Below, piece by piece: positions 28,413 through 38,080 of a stretch of DNA of 64,000 bases. The stretch covers positions 3,083 through 67,082 of the forward strand of contig JBAZBH010000005.1 in the NCBI GenBank assembly GCA_041671565.1, in the 5' to 3' direction. Source of the stretch: Patescibacteria group bacterium. GTDB taxonomy: Bacteria > Patescibacteriota > Patescibacteriia > JACRDY01. A program made the position numbers and the translations under genes. Below the pieces are notes generated by a model, which ran no database searches, was not told the origin of the DNA, and saw nothing but the letters and a program-made list of their open reading frames with translations. How positions within the stretch are numbered: position 1 is the first letter of the stretch; the number at the start of each line of letters is the position of its first letter.

Positions 28413-28599
28413 TTATCTACCTTCGCTAAAGCTACGGCAGATGAATAAAGTTGAAAGTTATCAAGTTAAAATGGTTTAATGGCTTTATGGTTTTATGGTT
28501 AAAAAAAAGCCGGTGATTTAACCATTTGGCAAGGTAATAATGTACTCCCATTTTAACATATTTTTTATAATTTTTCCAGCCCCCAAAAGACGCATTTTG

Positions 28600-28740
28600 C
28601 CCTTATTTTTCAAGCTTAATCCGCCTTCGTTCCGCCGCAGAGCTCTACGGCGGAACTTCGGCGGATTCCGCTCTGCCGAAAAGGAATCTAAGATACGGCG
28701 TTGTTCTAGAGCGGCAGAGCTTCATTTTAATGTGGATAAG
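28600..28740. other. GC-rich multi-hairpin region upstream of the 28797 gene (candidate structured leader/ncRNA)
   Basis: aatccgccttcgttccgccgcagagctctacggcggaacttcggcggattccgctctgccg...ctagagcggcagagc contains nested complementary segments; the only ORF across it (73 aa) looks like an artefact. Confidence 0.3.
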
Positions 28741-28796
28741 GGGGGAAATTTAAAGTTTTAGGATTTTTGTGTTATAATTTAATAAATTGCGATTTT

Positions 28797-29693
28797 ATGG
28801 ATTCACCAAAGGCTAATATTGGCGGTTTTACCGGCCGGGAACTGGCTGGCGCTTACTGGTGGGTGACTCACCGCGAGCTGGTTCATAAAGTATTGGTTGG
28901 TTTTTTGATATTTTTGAATGTGATTTTTTGGGGTTACGCGCTTTATGGTTTGACGCGGTATTTTCTGGTTGATTGGAACCGCCGGCAAGCGCTCCTCCGC
29001 GACGCCGGGCGGGATTATGTTAATTATCAGTACTGGCGAGAGCAAAATCAGCCGGCGCCGCTCGCTTTCTCCGGGATTCAAATCTTGCCTTTGGGCGAGG
29101 GCCGTTATGATCTGGCCGTGTCAGTCGCCAACAACAATCCGCTCTGGGCGGTGACCAGCCTGCAGTATAGCTTTGATTTTGCCAACCGGGAAAAGCCGGC
29201 GATCCGGGAAGCCTGGTTTTTGCCGGGCGAGTCAAAGTATTTGGTTGATTTGGGCGTGGCGGCAAAATTTATTCCCAATGATATTAATTTTAAAATTAAC
29301 GCCATCAAGTGGCAGCGGGTCGGGGATATCGCGGCAAAACAAGCCGAAGCTCTTAATTTTGTCATTAGCGACATTAAATTTCAGTCAGCCGATGAGTTGA
29401 AAGCCGGCAAACTGCCAATTAGTAAAACCAGTTTTAAGGTGACCAACAACAGCCCATATAATTATTGGGCGTTTAATTATTATATTTTGCTCTACAGCGG
29501 TTCGCGGCTGGTGGGGATTAACTATCTAACCCATGATTATCTAGATTCCGGCGAGACGGTTGCCCTGGAAGCCAATTGGTTTGGCGCTTTGTCGCGGCCG
29601 GATAAGGTGGAGGTGGTGCCGAATATCAATATCCTCGACAGGTCGGTGTTTCGGCCATTGACGGGGGAGGGGGAGAGCAAGGGCGGGGAGTAA
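28797..29693 (+). CDS. hypothetical membrane-anchored protein
   Basis: Track ORF starts at 28767 across a TATAAT box; the internal ATG 28797 (MDSPKANIGG) is preferred; one TM pair then a soluble domain; no motif. Confidence 0.35.
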   Translation: MDSPKANIGGFTGRELAGAYWWVTHRELVHKVLVGFLIFLNVIFWGYALYGLTRYFLVDWNRRQALLRDAGRDYVNYQYWREQNQPAPLAFSGIQILPLGEGRYDLAVSVANNNPLWAVTSLQYSFDFANREKPAIREAWFLPGESKYLVDLGVAAKFIPNDINFKINAIKWQRVGDIAAKQAEALNFVISDIKFQSADELKAGKLPISKTSFKVTNNSPYNYWAFNYYILLYSGSRLVGINYLTHDYLDSGETVALEANWFGALSRPDKVEVVPNINILDRSVFRPLTGEGESKGGE

Positions 29694-29744
29694 AGATTTA
29701 GGATTTAAGAAGGTTGATAATCAGCATTTTGACCAGTAATCATG

Positions 29745-29875
29745 CTCAAAAGTTCAAAATCCAAAGATTCAAAGTTCAAATCAAATCCAAAGGCCAAAAG
29801 CGGCTTCATGGTTAATCTAGAATAACCATTTGATATTTGAACTTGATTTGAACTTTGGGTTTTGAACTTTGTACT
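29745..29875. repeat. intergenic word-palindrome (AAGTTCAAA family)
   Basis: caaaagttcaaaatccaaagattcaaagttcaaatcaaatcc...gatatttgaacttgatttgaactttgggttttgaactttg. Confidence 0.6.
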
Positions 29876-29942
29876 TCTAACTGAGTCTAATGGTTTAACT
29901 TCCGACTGCTAATTTTATTAGTTACCGAATTTTTCAATTGCT

Positions 29943-31034
29943 ATGAAGCGCTGGTTGTTCAAATTTAGAGGTTTTGATTGGGTGCTTGCTCTGAGCGCCT
30001 TTTTATTAGTTTGTTTTGGTTTAGTCGCTATTTACAGTGTGACGCTGTCCGGCGAGGGAGCGAACTGGGATCTTTTGACCAGGCAATTGGTGGCGGTGGC
30101 GCTCGGCCTGGGGCTGTTTTTTGGCCTGGCGTTTTTTGACTATCAACTGCTGCAGAGCTACGCGCGGTGGCTTTACGGCTTTGGCTTACTGATTTTAACC
30201 GCGGTGCTGATTTTTGGTTCCAGTTTGCGTGGAACCAAGGGCTGGTTTGTAATCGGTGGCTGGAGTTTTCAGCCGGTGGAGGTGGTTAAAATCGTGGTAA
30301 TTATATTTTTAGCGTATTACTTTTCCCGCCAAAGCCGGCCGCTTAATCAATTAAAATATTTTATTATCAGCGGCCTTGGGGTTTTGGCGGCGTTTGCTTT
30401 AACAATCTTACAACCGGATTTCGGCTCGGGTTTGATCCTCTTTTTTCTCTGGCTGGGTGTGGTTTTGGTTATCGGTCCGCGGTGGTGGCACTTAGCGTTA
30501 CTTTTGGTCGCGGGACTAGCGGTTTTTCTACTGGCCTGGAACTTCGCTTTTGCGCCTTACCAAAAAGACCGCATCCGGACATTTCTCGATCCGGCGGCTG
30601 ACCCGCTGGGCGCCGGTTACAATGTCAGCCAGTCAATGATCGCCATTGGCGCCGGCGGTTGGACCGGCCAAGGTTTATCGCTCGGCTCGCAGTCGCAACT
30701 GCGGTTTTTGCCCGAAGCCCAGACCGACTTTGTCTTTGCGGTCATTGCCGAGGAGCTCGGTTTACTCGGCGTGTTACTGCTTCTCGGGCTGTGGTCGCTG
30801 ATTTTTTGGCGGCTATTTGTGATTGCCCGGCGGTGTCATGACGATTTTTCACTTTTTTTAATTTTGGGAATAATCCTTTTGTTTCTCATTCATCTCTTGA
30901 TGAATATCGGCATGAACCTAGGTTTGGCGCCGGTGACTGGCATTACTTTGCCCCTCGTCAGCTACGGCGGCAGTTCGTTGATTTTTATGCTGGGGGCGAT
31001 CGGGATAGCGGAAAGCGTTCGATTAAGGAATTAA
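29943..31034 (+). CDS. rodA: FtsW/RodA/SpoVE family protein (second SEDS paralogue, probable RodA)
   Basis: 10-TM SEDS protein with conserved C-terminal GGSSLI...G motif region; not located in the dcw cluster. Confidence 0.75.
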   Translation: MKRWLFKFRGFDWVLALSAFLLVCFGLVAIYSVTLSGEGANWDLLTRQLVAVALGLGLFFGLAFFDYQLLQSYARWLYGFGLLILTAVLIFGSSLRGTKGWFVIGGWSFQPVEVVKIVVIIFLAYYFSRQSRPLNQLKYFIISGLGVLAAFALTILQPDFGSGLILFFLWLGVVLVIGPRWWHLALLLVAGLAVFLLAWNFAFAPYQKDRIRTFLDPAADPLGAGYNVSQSMIAIGAGGWTGQGLSLGSQSQLRFLPEAQTDFVFAVIAEELGLLGVLLLLGLWSLIFWRLFVIARRCHDDFSLFLILGIILLFLIHLLMNIGMNLGLAPVTGITLPLVSYGGSSLIFMLGAIGIAESVRLRN

Positions 31035-31171
31035 TAATTAAAAATTAATAATTAAGAATTGAAGTCAAAAGTCAAAATTCAAAAGGCAAAAGTACATGTC
31101 AAAAGTAAAAAGTTTGACTATAGACATTCAAAATACTATAATAGAGTTATAAATATTAGCCAGATCAATAT

Positions 31172-31522
31172 ATGTTACCAAATAATTCGCCGCGGAAGGG
31201 GGCATCGTTTTTTGACGAAAGCCTGAAACTGGTTTCTTATTGTCCGCTCTGCGAAAAAAATTATAATATCCTGGAAGCGCGCGTTTTGGAGGAAAAAGAC
31301 AGTACTAGCCTGATTTATCTCCGTTGCCGGCACTGCGGCAGTTCGATTTTGGCTTTGGTGATGCACCACCCCTTAGGCATCAGCTCGGTTGGGCTGGTGA
31401 CCGACCTTAGCCCGGAAGAAGTGCTGAAATATCGAATTGAGGCTGACTTTACCGAGGATAATGTCCTGGAAATGCACCAGCTCTTGCAAAAAACTGGGAG
31501 TGTGATAGAATTATTAAGCTAA
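31172..31522 (+). CDS. hypothetical zinc-ribbon protein
   Basis: CPLCEKN...CRHCGSS two CxxC pairs. Confidence 0.3.
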   Translation: MLPNNSPRKGASFFDESLKLVSYCPLCEKNYNILEARVLEEKDSTSLIYLRCRHCGSSILALVMHHPLGISSVGLVTDLSPEEVLKYRIEADFTEDNVLEMHQLLQKTGSVIELLS

Positions 31523-31582
31523 ATTAACAATACACAAGAAGATTGATAAAATCTTTTTTGTTTATCTAAAAATACAGGAAAT

Positions 31583-32272
31583 ATGGCTAATTTATTGCTC
31601 AAAGCCACGGTTCGCGAGGCAACCGGCCGCGGCGTAGAAAAACTCCGAGAAAACAACTTATTGCCGGCGGTGCTTTACGGTCGGGAGCTGACTAACCAGA
31701 ATTTGGCGGTTAATTACCGTGATTTTGCCAAAGTTTTTCAAACTGCCGGAGAAAGCGCGATTGTTGACCTGCAAATTGGCGAGGCGCCAGCCGTGCCGGT
31801 GCTGATTCAGGATGTGCAGTATCATCCGCTCCGCCAGCAAGCGATTCACGCTGATTTTTATCAGGTGAGAATGGACGAGAAATTGACTGCCAACATTCCC
31901 TTGACACTGGTCGGCGAAGCGCCGGCGGTCAAAGAACAAGGCGCGATTTTCTTCACCAGCTTGGAAACGATCGAAGTTAAATGTTTGCCGGCCGATTTGC
32001 CGAAAGAAGTAGTGGTTGATTTGTCCAGCCTCAAAAATTTTGGCGACCGGATTTTGGTTAAAGATTTACCGCTTGGCGATAAAGTGGAAGTTTTGTCCGG
32101 CGCGGAACTGACTGTGGTGTCAGTTGCCGAACCGCGAGCCGAAGAAGTGGAAGTGAAGGTAGAAGCTCCAGTGGTTGAGGGCGCAGCTCCGGTTGAAGGC
32201 GCTGAAGGTGGCGCGGCCCCAGTAGCGGGCGCGGAGGCGGCCGGTAAAGAAGGCAAAGCGGCCAAAAAATAA
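31583..32272 (+). CDS. rplY: 50S ribosomal protein L25 / general stress protein Ctc
   Basis: N-terminal L25 domain (LKATVREATGRGVEKLRENNLLPAVLYG) plus a Ctc-type C-terminal extension with an Ala/Glu/Gly-rich tail. Confidence 0.8.
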   Translation: MANLLLKATVREATGRGVEKLRENNLLPAVLYGRELTNQNLAVNYRDFAKVFQTAGESAIVDLQIGEAPAVPVLIQDVQYHPLRQQAIHADFYQVRMDEKLTANIPLTLVGEAPAVKEQGAIFFTSLETIEVKCLPADLPKEVVVDLSSLKNFGDRILVKDLPLGDKVEVLSGAELTVVSVAEPRAEEVEVKVEAPVVEGAAPVEGAEGGAAPVAGAEAAGKEGKAAKK

Positions 32273-32279
32273 ATGAGAT

Positions 32280-32450
32280 GGTTACAAAACTATTTCGACT
32301 GCAATTTTAGCTTTTTGGCTACGGCTTCGTCAGACTTCGCAAAATGCCTCTTACCGTAGCCCCGCTACGGTTTCGAGCCATTTTGCTCGTCTTCCTCGCC
32401 TCGCCTAAAAACCTAAAATTTCGTTACGAAATAGTTTTGTAACCATCTCA
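32280..32450. repeat. structured repeat element family A, copy 2
   Basis: Core GGCTACGGCTTCGTCA..AAAATG..TACCGTAGC..CATTTTGC..tcctcgcct..aaaaacctaaaattt is shared with 7337..7505; outer arms ggttacaaaactatttcgactgcaatttt / aaaatttcgttacgaaatagttttgtaacc are self-complementary but differ in sequence from those of copy 1. Confidence 0.55.
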
Positions 32451-32466
32451 ATTTCAACTGTTTATC

Positions 32467-33534
32467 ATGAGAATTGATAAAAAGTCTAAAACCAAAGCTG
32501 GTTATAAAAAAATCTTGTTTTTATTATTGCCGGTCGCGCTAGTCGCGGCCGGTTTTGGTTTGTTTTGGTTTAATGTCCAGCCGGCCGTGGCGCCGGTTGA
32601 TTTTAACCTCAATCAGGCGTCAGTAGTGGTTTGCCCGGCAATCAGGGTTTTGGACGGGCAGTGCGTAGAGGTGGGGCAAGAGAATCTGTTGCCGGTCGCG
32701 CTGATGATTGAAAACCAGGTGGAAGCCCGGCCACAGGCGGGCCTAAGCCAGGCGCAGTTGGTTTATGAAGCGGTGACTGAGGGCGGTATTCCGCGGTTTA
32801 TGGCCGTGTCTGCCAGTAATCAAGAGATCCCTAAAATCGGGCCGGTCCGTTCGGCGCGGCCGTATTTTGTGGAGTGGGCCGGGGAATTGGGCGGTCTTTA
32901 TCTTCATTGCGGCGGCAGTCCGGCGGCGCTTCAGAAACTGGACGGCAACACCGAGCTGACTGATATTAACGAGTTTTATCAGGGCGAATATTTTTGGCGC
33001 GACGGCGGCCGAGCGGCGCCGCATAATATCTATACCTCCAGCGAGTTGATTGTTGAACTAAAAACTACCAGCGATCTATCACTTAGCGGCGATTATGATA
33101 GCTGGCAGTTTGTTGATGAGGCGACTATAACGGACCGCGTGGTCACGACGACTTATCTGAGTTTTAACTATTCGTCTTATAACGCCTATTTTACCGAGTG
33201 GTTTTATAATCCAGCCGACAACCTCTATTACCGCGAACAAGCCGGCGAGCCGCACCGCGATGCCGACGGCACACAGATTACGGCTAAAAATGTAGTGGTC
33301 CAATTTATCCCGGCGAAAACTCTGGACGGCATCGGCCGGCAAGAAATTAAAACCGTGGGCGAGGGGAAGGCGATAATTTTAAAAAACGGGGAAAAGATTG
33401 AAGGGACTTGGGAAAAAGGCGGACTCCGGAGCCGGACCAAGTTTTATGACGGGGCGGGCGTGGAAATCCAGTTTAACCGGGGAACGACTTGGATTGAGGT
33501 GATACCGGCGGGACGGGAAATAGTGATAAAATAA
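32467..33534 (+). CDS. DUF3048 (YerB-like) domain lipoprotein/secreted protein
   Basis: N-terminal TM/signal; PVALMIENQVEARPQAGLSQAQLVYEAVTEGGIPRFMAV is typical of DUF3048. Confidence 0.5.
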   Translation: MRIDKKSKTKAGYKKILFLLLPVALVAAGFGLFWFNVQPAVAPVDFNLNQASVVVCPAIRVLDGQCVEVGQENLLPVALMIENQVEARPQAGLSQAQLVYEAVTEGGIPRFMAVSASNQEIPKIGPVRSARPYFVEWAGELGGLYLHCGGSPAALQKLDGNTELTDINEFYQGEYFWRDGGRAAPHNIYTSSELIVELKTTSDLSLSGDYDSWQFVDEATITDRVVTTTYLSFNYSSYNAYFTEWFYNPADNLYYREQAGEPHRDADGTQITAKNVVVQFIPAKTLDGIGRQEIKTVGEGKAIILKNGEKIEGTWEKGGLRSRTKFYDGAGVEIQFNRGTTWIEVIPAGREIVIK

Positions 33535-33535
33535 A

Positions 33536-33690
33536 ATTAAGATTTTAACAATTTTTAATTTAAAATTTCTAATTTTTAATCAATTTTTAAGGCTTAATTT
33601 TTAATTTTAAATCTAACGCCGGATTACCGGCGTTTTAAAATTAGAAATTAATAATTCATTAAAAATTTTAAATTAAAAATTAAAAATTGC
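33536..33690. repeat. AT-rich word-palindrome element (AAAATTAAAAATT words) with central GC hairpin; homologous copy at 56487..56632
   Basis: ...aatttttaatttaaaatttctaatttttaat...aacgccggattaccggcgtt...ttagaaattaataattcattaaaaattttaaattaaaaattg shares long segments with the 56.5-kb copy. Confidence 0.55.
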
Positions 33691-33751
33691 CCAAAGGCTT
33701 AGTTTTATCGTAATGGGTATCACTACCTTTGTCGATTATTAGATTTTTTAG

Positions 33752-34600
33752 TTAAGACCTTTTATTTTTTGTCAGAATTATCACCCGATCTCGGCCGGCG
33801 AGGTCGGTTTTTATTTTTAGCCGGTACGCGGGCAGGTGTTTTTGGGCGAGGAGTTTTAAGGCCGGGGCTTGGTCGCAGCCGATTTCCAGGAAAATCAGGC
33901 GGGGTTTTTGCCGGCGGGCGGCGAGTTGGCTGAAGAGTTGGCGAAAGAGTTTTAACCCGTCTGGCCCGCCGAGCAGGGCTTGCCGCGGCTCGGCTTGAAT
34001 GGACGGCTCGTTTTTGACTTCAGCGGCGGTTAGATAGGGCAGATTAGCAATTAAAATATCCAGTTTAATATTCTTTAACGGTTCCAGCAAGTTGCCCTGT
34101 TTAAACTTAATCTGGCCTTTGACGCCGTGGAGGCGGGCGTTTTTTTCGGCAACTTTTAGGGCAGGGCGGGAAATGTCAGTAGCATAGATTTTGGCTTGGG
34201 GCAGGTGTTTAGCAAGGGTGACGGCGATACAGCCGGAGCCGGTGGCAATATCGCCGATAGCCGATAGCCGATAGCTCTTAGCAATTCTTAAAACCTCATC
34301 AATTAATAATTCGGTGTCGGGGCGGGGGATAAGGGTGTTTTTATTGACTAGGAAATTTAGACCGTAAAACTCTTGCTGGCCGGTTAAATAAGCGACGGGC
34401 ACGCCTTTTAAACGGCGAGTAACTAGTAACTGGTAAGCGGTAACTAAGGATTGGTTAACTTTATATTCCGGATGGCTATACAAAAATTCCCGCGGTTTTT
34501 TTAAAACGAGGGAAAGGAGGATTTCGGCGTCCAAGGCTGGTGAAGATGAATAACGGTTTAGCCGTTTGGTGGTGATAGTTAAGAGTTGGCGAAGGTTCAT
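33752..34600 (-). CDS. prmC: release factor glutamine N5-methyltransferase PrmC (HemK)
   Basis: SAM motif I DIATGSGCIAV, motif IV ILIANLPYL (NPPY variant), located directly downstream of prfA; contains a 3x7-nt tandem repeat at 34253..34273. Confidence 0.75.
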   Translation of the reverse strand: MNLRQLLTITTKRLNRYSSSPALDAEILLSLVLKKPREFLYSHPEYKVNQSLVTAYQLLVTRRLKGVPVAYLTGQQEFYGLNFLVNKNTLIPRPDTELLIDEVLRIAKSYRLSAIGDIATGSGCIAVTLAKHLPQAKIYATDISRPALKVAEKNARLHGVKGQIKFKQGNLLEPLKNIKLDILIANLPYLTAAEVKNEPSIQAEPRQALLGGPDGLKLFRQLFSQLAARRQKPRLIFLEIGCDQAPALKLLAQKHLPAYRLKIKTDLAGRDRVIILTKNKRS

Positions 34601-34607
34601 AAAATAA

Positions 34608-34785
34608 GCTCAAAAGTCAAAAGTCAAAGCTCAAAACCACAACGCAAAAGGCAAAACTACAGTTCTTAACCCCTTATTCAAAAGATTTACTTATCCTCTT
34701 CTAATACCTTTGGTATCAAGTACGGAGAAGATTAAGTTTTGAGTTTTGAGCTGTGGTTTTGACTTTTGAGCTTTGAGTTTTAAGT
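34608..34785. repeat. intergenic word-palindrome (AAGTCAAAAG / CTCAAAAC words) between prmC and prfA
   Basis: ctcaaaagtcaaaagtcaaagctcaaaaccacaacgcaaaaggcaaaactacag...gttttgagttttgagctgtggttttgacttttgagctttgagttttaag. Confidence 0.6.
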
Positions 34786-35823
34786 TTGTTTCCGGCTGGC
34801 TTCTTTCAACGCCGCGACGACTTCTTCAATCTCGCCATTCATGATCCGGTCAATGCCAAACCAGCTTTGTTTGATGCGGTGATCGGTCAGGCGGTCCTGG
34901 GGGAAGTTATAAGTGCGGATTTTCTCGCTGCGGTCGCCGGAGCCGACTTGATTTTTGCGGAGATCCGCCTCTTCTTTTTGGCGTTTTTCTTCCTCGGCTT
35001 CAAGGAGGCGCGAGCGCAGGACTTTCATCGCTTTCTCGCGGTTCTGCAGTTGGCTCCGTTCGTCTTGGCAGGAAACCACCACGCCGGTGGGCAAGTGGGT
35101 GATGCGGACGGCCGAATAAGTGGTGTTGACCGATTGACCACCATGGCCGCCGGCGCAAAAAGTGTCGATCCGCAGGTCTTTGGGGTTGATGGCGATGTCG
35201 ATTTCTTCCGCCTGAGGCAAAACCGCGACCGTGGCCGCCGAAGTATGGATCCGGCCGGCTTTCTCGGTTTCCGGTACCCGTTGGACGCGGTGGGTACCGC
35301 TTTCAAACTTCAGCTCGCCATAAACCCCCGGGCCGTTGATTTCACAGATCATTTCTTTGTAGCCGCCAATCTCGGTGCGGTTAGCCTCAATCACCTTGAC
35401 CTGCCAGCCGCGCTTTTCGGCGTAGCGGGAATACATCCGGAAAAGGTCAGCGGCAAAAAGCGCTGATTCGTCGCCGCCGGTGCCGCCGCGAATTTCCAAA
35501 ATAATGCTTTTCTGGTCGCGCGGGTTGGCCGGGTGCAAGAGGTCGTCGATTTCTTTTTCCAGCTTTTCTTTTTGGCCGCGCAATTCAAAAAGATCCACCT
35601 CGGCCAGTTCTTTCAGGTCCGGGTCGTTGTCGCGGAGCGTCAGCTCGCTTTCGCCGATTTGCCGGTCCACGGTTTCCAGTTGGCGGACCCGGTCCATGAT
35701 TTCCTTGGCGGCGGCGTATTTTTGCGACAGGCTTTTCAATTTTTGCGGGTCAGAACCGAGGCTCGGGTCTTGGAGATCGCGCTCCATGGCGAGAAAGTCG
35801 GATTTGAGTTGGGGGATATTCAT
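34780..35823 (-). CDS. prfA: peptide chain release factor 1
   Basis: GGQ motif ([12 protein letters not shown]), RF1-type codon-recognition region; 347 aa. Confidence 0.9.
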   Translation of the reverse strand: MNIPQLKSDFLAMERDLQDPSLGSDPQKLKSLSQKYAAAKEIMDRVRQLETVDRQIGESELTLRDNDPDLKELAEVDLFELRGQKEKLEKEIDDLLHPANPRDQKSIILEIRGGTGGDESALFAADLFRMYSRYAEKRGWQVKVIEANRTEIGGYKEMICEINGPGVYGELKFESGTHRVQRVPETEKAGRIHTSAATVAVLPQAEEIDIAINPKDLRIDTFCAGGHGGQSVNTTYSAVRITHLPTGVVVSCQDERSQLQNREKAMKVLRSRLLEAEEEKRQKEEADLRKNQVGSGDRSEKIRTYNFPQDRLTDHRIKQSWFGIDRIMNGEIEEVVAALKEASRKQT

Positions 35824-35899
35824 AAAGGAGATTTAAGATTTAAGATTTAGGATTTAAGAAGGCCGGTAGATTAGCATCCTACAATATAACTTGGTTAAA

Positions 35900-35968
35900 A
35901 TCACATAACACATAACATGGAACAAGGGTGGTTATAGGTCTCTTGTTATATGTTCCATGTTATGTGAT
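35900..35968. mobile_element. MITE-like hairpin element copy 2 (same 25-nt arm as 3061..3128) flanked by 8-bp direct repeat CTTGGTTA
   Basis: aaCTTGGTTAaa|ATCACATAACACATAACATGGAACA-loop-TGTTATATGTTCCATGTTATGTGAT|atCTTGGTTAtt; sits at the centre of the prfA-rpmE intergenic ATTTAAGATTT word-palindrome (35826..36045). Confidence 0.55.
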
Positions 35969-36093
35969 ATCTTGGTTATTAGTCTTAACACCAATTACCG
36001 ACATTCTTAAGTCTTAAATCCTAAATCTTTCAACAAAAAACCCCATTCCACTATAGCAAAAATTTGCCAAAAAAGGAATGGGATTTGGAGTAG

Positions 36094-36423
36094 TTACTTA
36101 GATTTTTTGGCTGGTTTAGCCGGAGTTTCTTTCTGGACGGATTTTTCCGCGGCGGCGATTTTCGCGGCGGCGCGTTTGGCCTGTTTAACCTTTTTATCGG
36201 TGCGGCCAGAGGCGGCGGTAGCGGATTTCACCAACCGTTGTTTGAATTTATCAACTCGGCGGGCGGTGTCAACCAGTTTCTGATTGCCGGTGTAGAACGG
36301 GTGGCACGCCGAACAAAGCTCGGTGTGGATTTCCGGCACGGTGGAGCCAATAGTAAAGCTGTTGCCGCAAACACAGGTAACCTTGGCTTCGGGGTAGTAT
36401 TTAGGATGGAGGTCTTTTTTCAT
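36094..36423 (-). CDS. rpmE: 50S ribosomal protein L31 with Lys/Ala-rich C-terminal extension
   Basis: [10 protein letters not shown]...CVCGNSF...[13 protein letters not shown] (L31 Cys motif), then about 40 aa basic tail. Confidence 0.85.
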   Translation of the reverse strand: MKKDLHPKYYPEAKVTCVCGNSFTIGSTVPEIHTELCSACHPFYTGNQKLVDTARRVDKFKQRLVKSATAASGRTDKKVKQAKRAAAKIAAAEKSVQKETPAKPAKKSK

Positions 36424-36524
36424 AAAAATAGGATGTTAGGAGGTTAAGTAGTTAGGAGGTTAGGTAGAGTTTAAAAGTGAAAGCAGTATAACATAGGAAA
36501 GGAGATAAAGCAAGAGATGGGTAT

Positions 36525-36560
36525 TTAGGGCTAGCCAAACGCGCGGTTTTAAGCTAGAAT
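36525..36560 (+). promoter_or_regulatory. conserved promoter module copy 1 (-35 TAGCCA, 17 nt, -10 TAGAAT) upstream of the 36583 gene
   Basis: ggCTAGCCAaacgcgcggttttaagcTAGAATagctcaagtaaatacc; the same module recurs at about 37520, 39835 and 42645. Confidence 0.45.
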
Positions 36561-36582
36561 AGCTCAAGTAAATACCAAAACT

Positions 36583-37530
36583 ATGGTTAGAGACGGTTAT
36601 CAATTACGGATTAAAGAATTACAAAATAAATTACCATTTTTGGCGGGCGAAAATTTTAGCGTGGCTCCGACTGGCACTCATTTTAAGGTATTTTTATCAA
36701 AAGATTATGTTGTTCGTTTTCGTGACGATCAGCCGGAATTGTTGGCTCGCGAAGCTAATTTTTTACAATCATGCCATCAGCCGTTGATCCCGTCGGTTAT
36801 ATGGGTTGGCTTAGTGGCCGGTCAAGCGGCCATGGTGGAACGCCGGTTAGCCGGGTCAACCATTAATAGCGTTTGGCAGACCTTGCTGGTAGAAAATAAG
36901 GAAATCATTATTGATGATGTTGTGAGATTTTTACAATTTTTGCGGCAACAGACGCATAAGGCGGTCTATTCGGTGGTTACCGGCCAGAATTATTCTAATT
37001 TTTTGGCCTATTTAAACGAGACACGGGTAAAGAATATAGAAAAAATCAACCCAGTAATCAAAACTTATCCCGCGCTTAAAGCATTAATCGTTGCGGCTGA
37101 TGCCGGTTTTTGGCCGATGTCTGATGTCAGCCAGGAAAAGATAACTTTAGTTCACGGTGATTTGATTATTCATAATTTGCTAACCGATGGGCAACATTTG
37201 ACCGGCGTTTTGGATTGGGAGTCGGCGTTTTGGGGCGATCCCGATTATGATCTTTGTCGGCTTTGGTATTATCAAGAGTGCGCTCGGGCATATCAAGAGC
37301 AGGGTTTAGACGACACTTTTGAAGCCGATTATTTAGATCGCTTAATCGCGGCAGTTACCACTTCCGGCTTAATAGCTGATCAAGAAATTTTTAGGCAAAA
37401 ATATCAATTTATTCGGACCATCTTTTATCTCTCCGCTGTGGCTTGGGCGGTTTCTTCAGCTGATCCGGATAAAAATATCCAGGAATTGCTGGAATTATGG
37501 TATAAAAAAAACGGAGCTACCTCGCGGTAG
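36583..37530 (+). CDS. phosphotransferase (APH/kinase-like) family protein
   Basis: Brenner motif VHGDLIIHNLL and DWESAFWGDPDYD (DxD) of APH-fold kinases; second paralogue in the window (compare 4309..5247). Confidence 0.55.
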   Translation: MVRDGYQLRIKELQNKLPFLAGENFSVAPTGTHFKVFLSKDYVVRFRDDQPELLAREANFLQSCHQPLIPSVIWVGLVAGQAAMVERRLAGSTINSVWQTLLVENKEIIIDDVVRFLQFLRQQTHKAVYSVVTGQNYSNFLAYLNETRVKNIEKINPVIKTYPALKALIVAADAGFWPMSDVSQEKITLVHGDLIIHNLLTDGQHLTGVLDWESAFWGDPDYDLCRLWYYQECARAYQEQGLDDTFEADYLDRLIAAVTTSGLIADQEIFRQKYQFIRTIFYLSAVAWAVSSADPDKNIQELLELWYKKNGATSR

Positions 37531-37585
37531 AATAGCTGGAGTAAATGCCTAAATTTACGAAATATTTTATTTAATATAAAATTTT

Positions 37586-37984
37586 ATGAAGAAAAGAAAA
37601 TTAGTAATTTGCGCCAGCGCTTCATTAGAAAATAGTATTATTGAATGGAGGGATAAATTGGAAGAGGCGGGTTTTGAGGTAATTAAATATCCGGTGAAAA
37701 TTAAAGATAATTTTCTGGTTAGTTACAAAAAGGAGTTTTCTGATCATTATGCTGCTATTTCTAAGGCAGATATACTTTTAGTGCTAAATTTAGAAAAAAA
37801 AGGTGTGCCAGGATATATAGGGTCGGGAGTATTTGCCGAGATGGCTTTTGCTATCGGCTTAAATAGAGCTTTAGGCAAAAAAATAAAAGTTTGTTATTTG
37901 AATCCGATTCCCAAAAATTTGCCTTATTCTGATGAATTAAAATTATGGCAGGAATCGGGATGGATAAAATTGTTTAGCCAGTAA
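37586..37984 (+). CDS. hypothetical protein, nucleoside 2-deoxyribosyltransferase-like fold (tentative)
   Basis: KLVICASASL...GSGVFAEMAFAIGLNRALGKKIKVCYL resembles NDT/YtoQ-type Rossmann-like proteins; weak. Confidence 0.3.
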   Translation: MKKRKLVICASASLENSIIEWRDKLEEAGFEVIKYPVKIKDNFLVSYKKEFSDHYAAISKADILLVLNLEKKGVPGYIGSGVFAEMAFAIGLNRALGKKIKVCYLNPIPKNLPYSDELKLWQESGWIKLFSQ

Positions 37985-38080
37985 AATATATAATTTTAAA
38001 AAAATAACTACCCCGTAGCTTACCGCGAGGTAGTTTGTCTAAAAGCCGTCTTTTTGTACGGCTTTTTGATTAAGTTAGGC

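Noticed and set aside
28540-28761. 73-aa ORF upstream of the 28797 gene
   Set aside because: Runs through a series of GC hairpins and a promoter-like TATAAT. Its sequence is Arg/Phe-rich with no features. The region is more plausibly a structured leader, listed as a feature.
33536-33690. AT-rich short repeats that at first glance resemble a CRISPR array (also 56487..56632)
   Set aside because: The units are not a constant-length repeat separated by unique spacers. The region is a mirror-symmetric word palindrome around a central GC hairpin, it has a near-copy at a second locus, and no cas genes are present.
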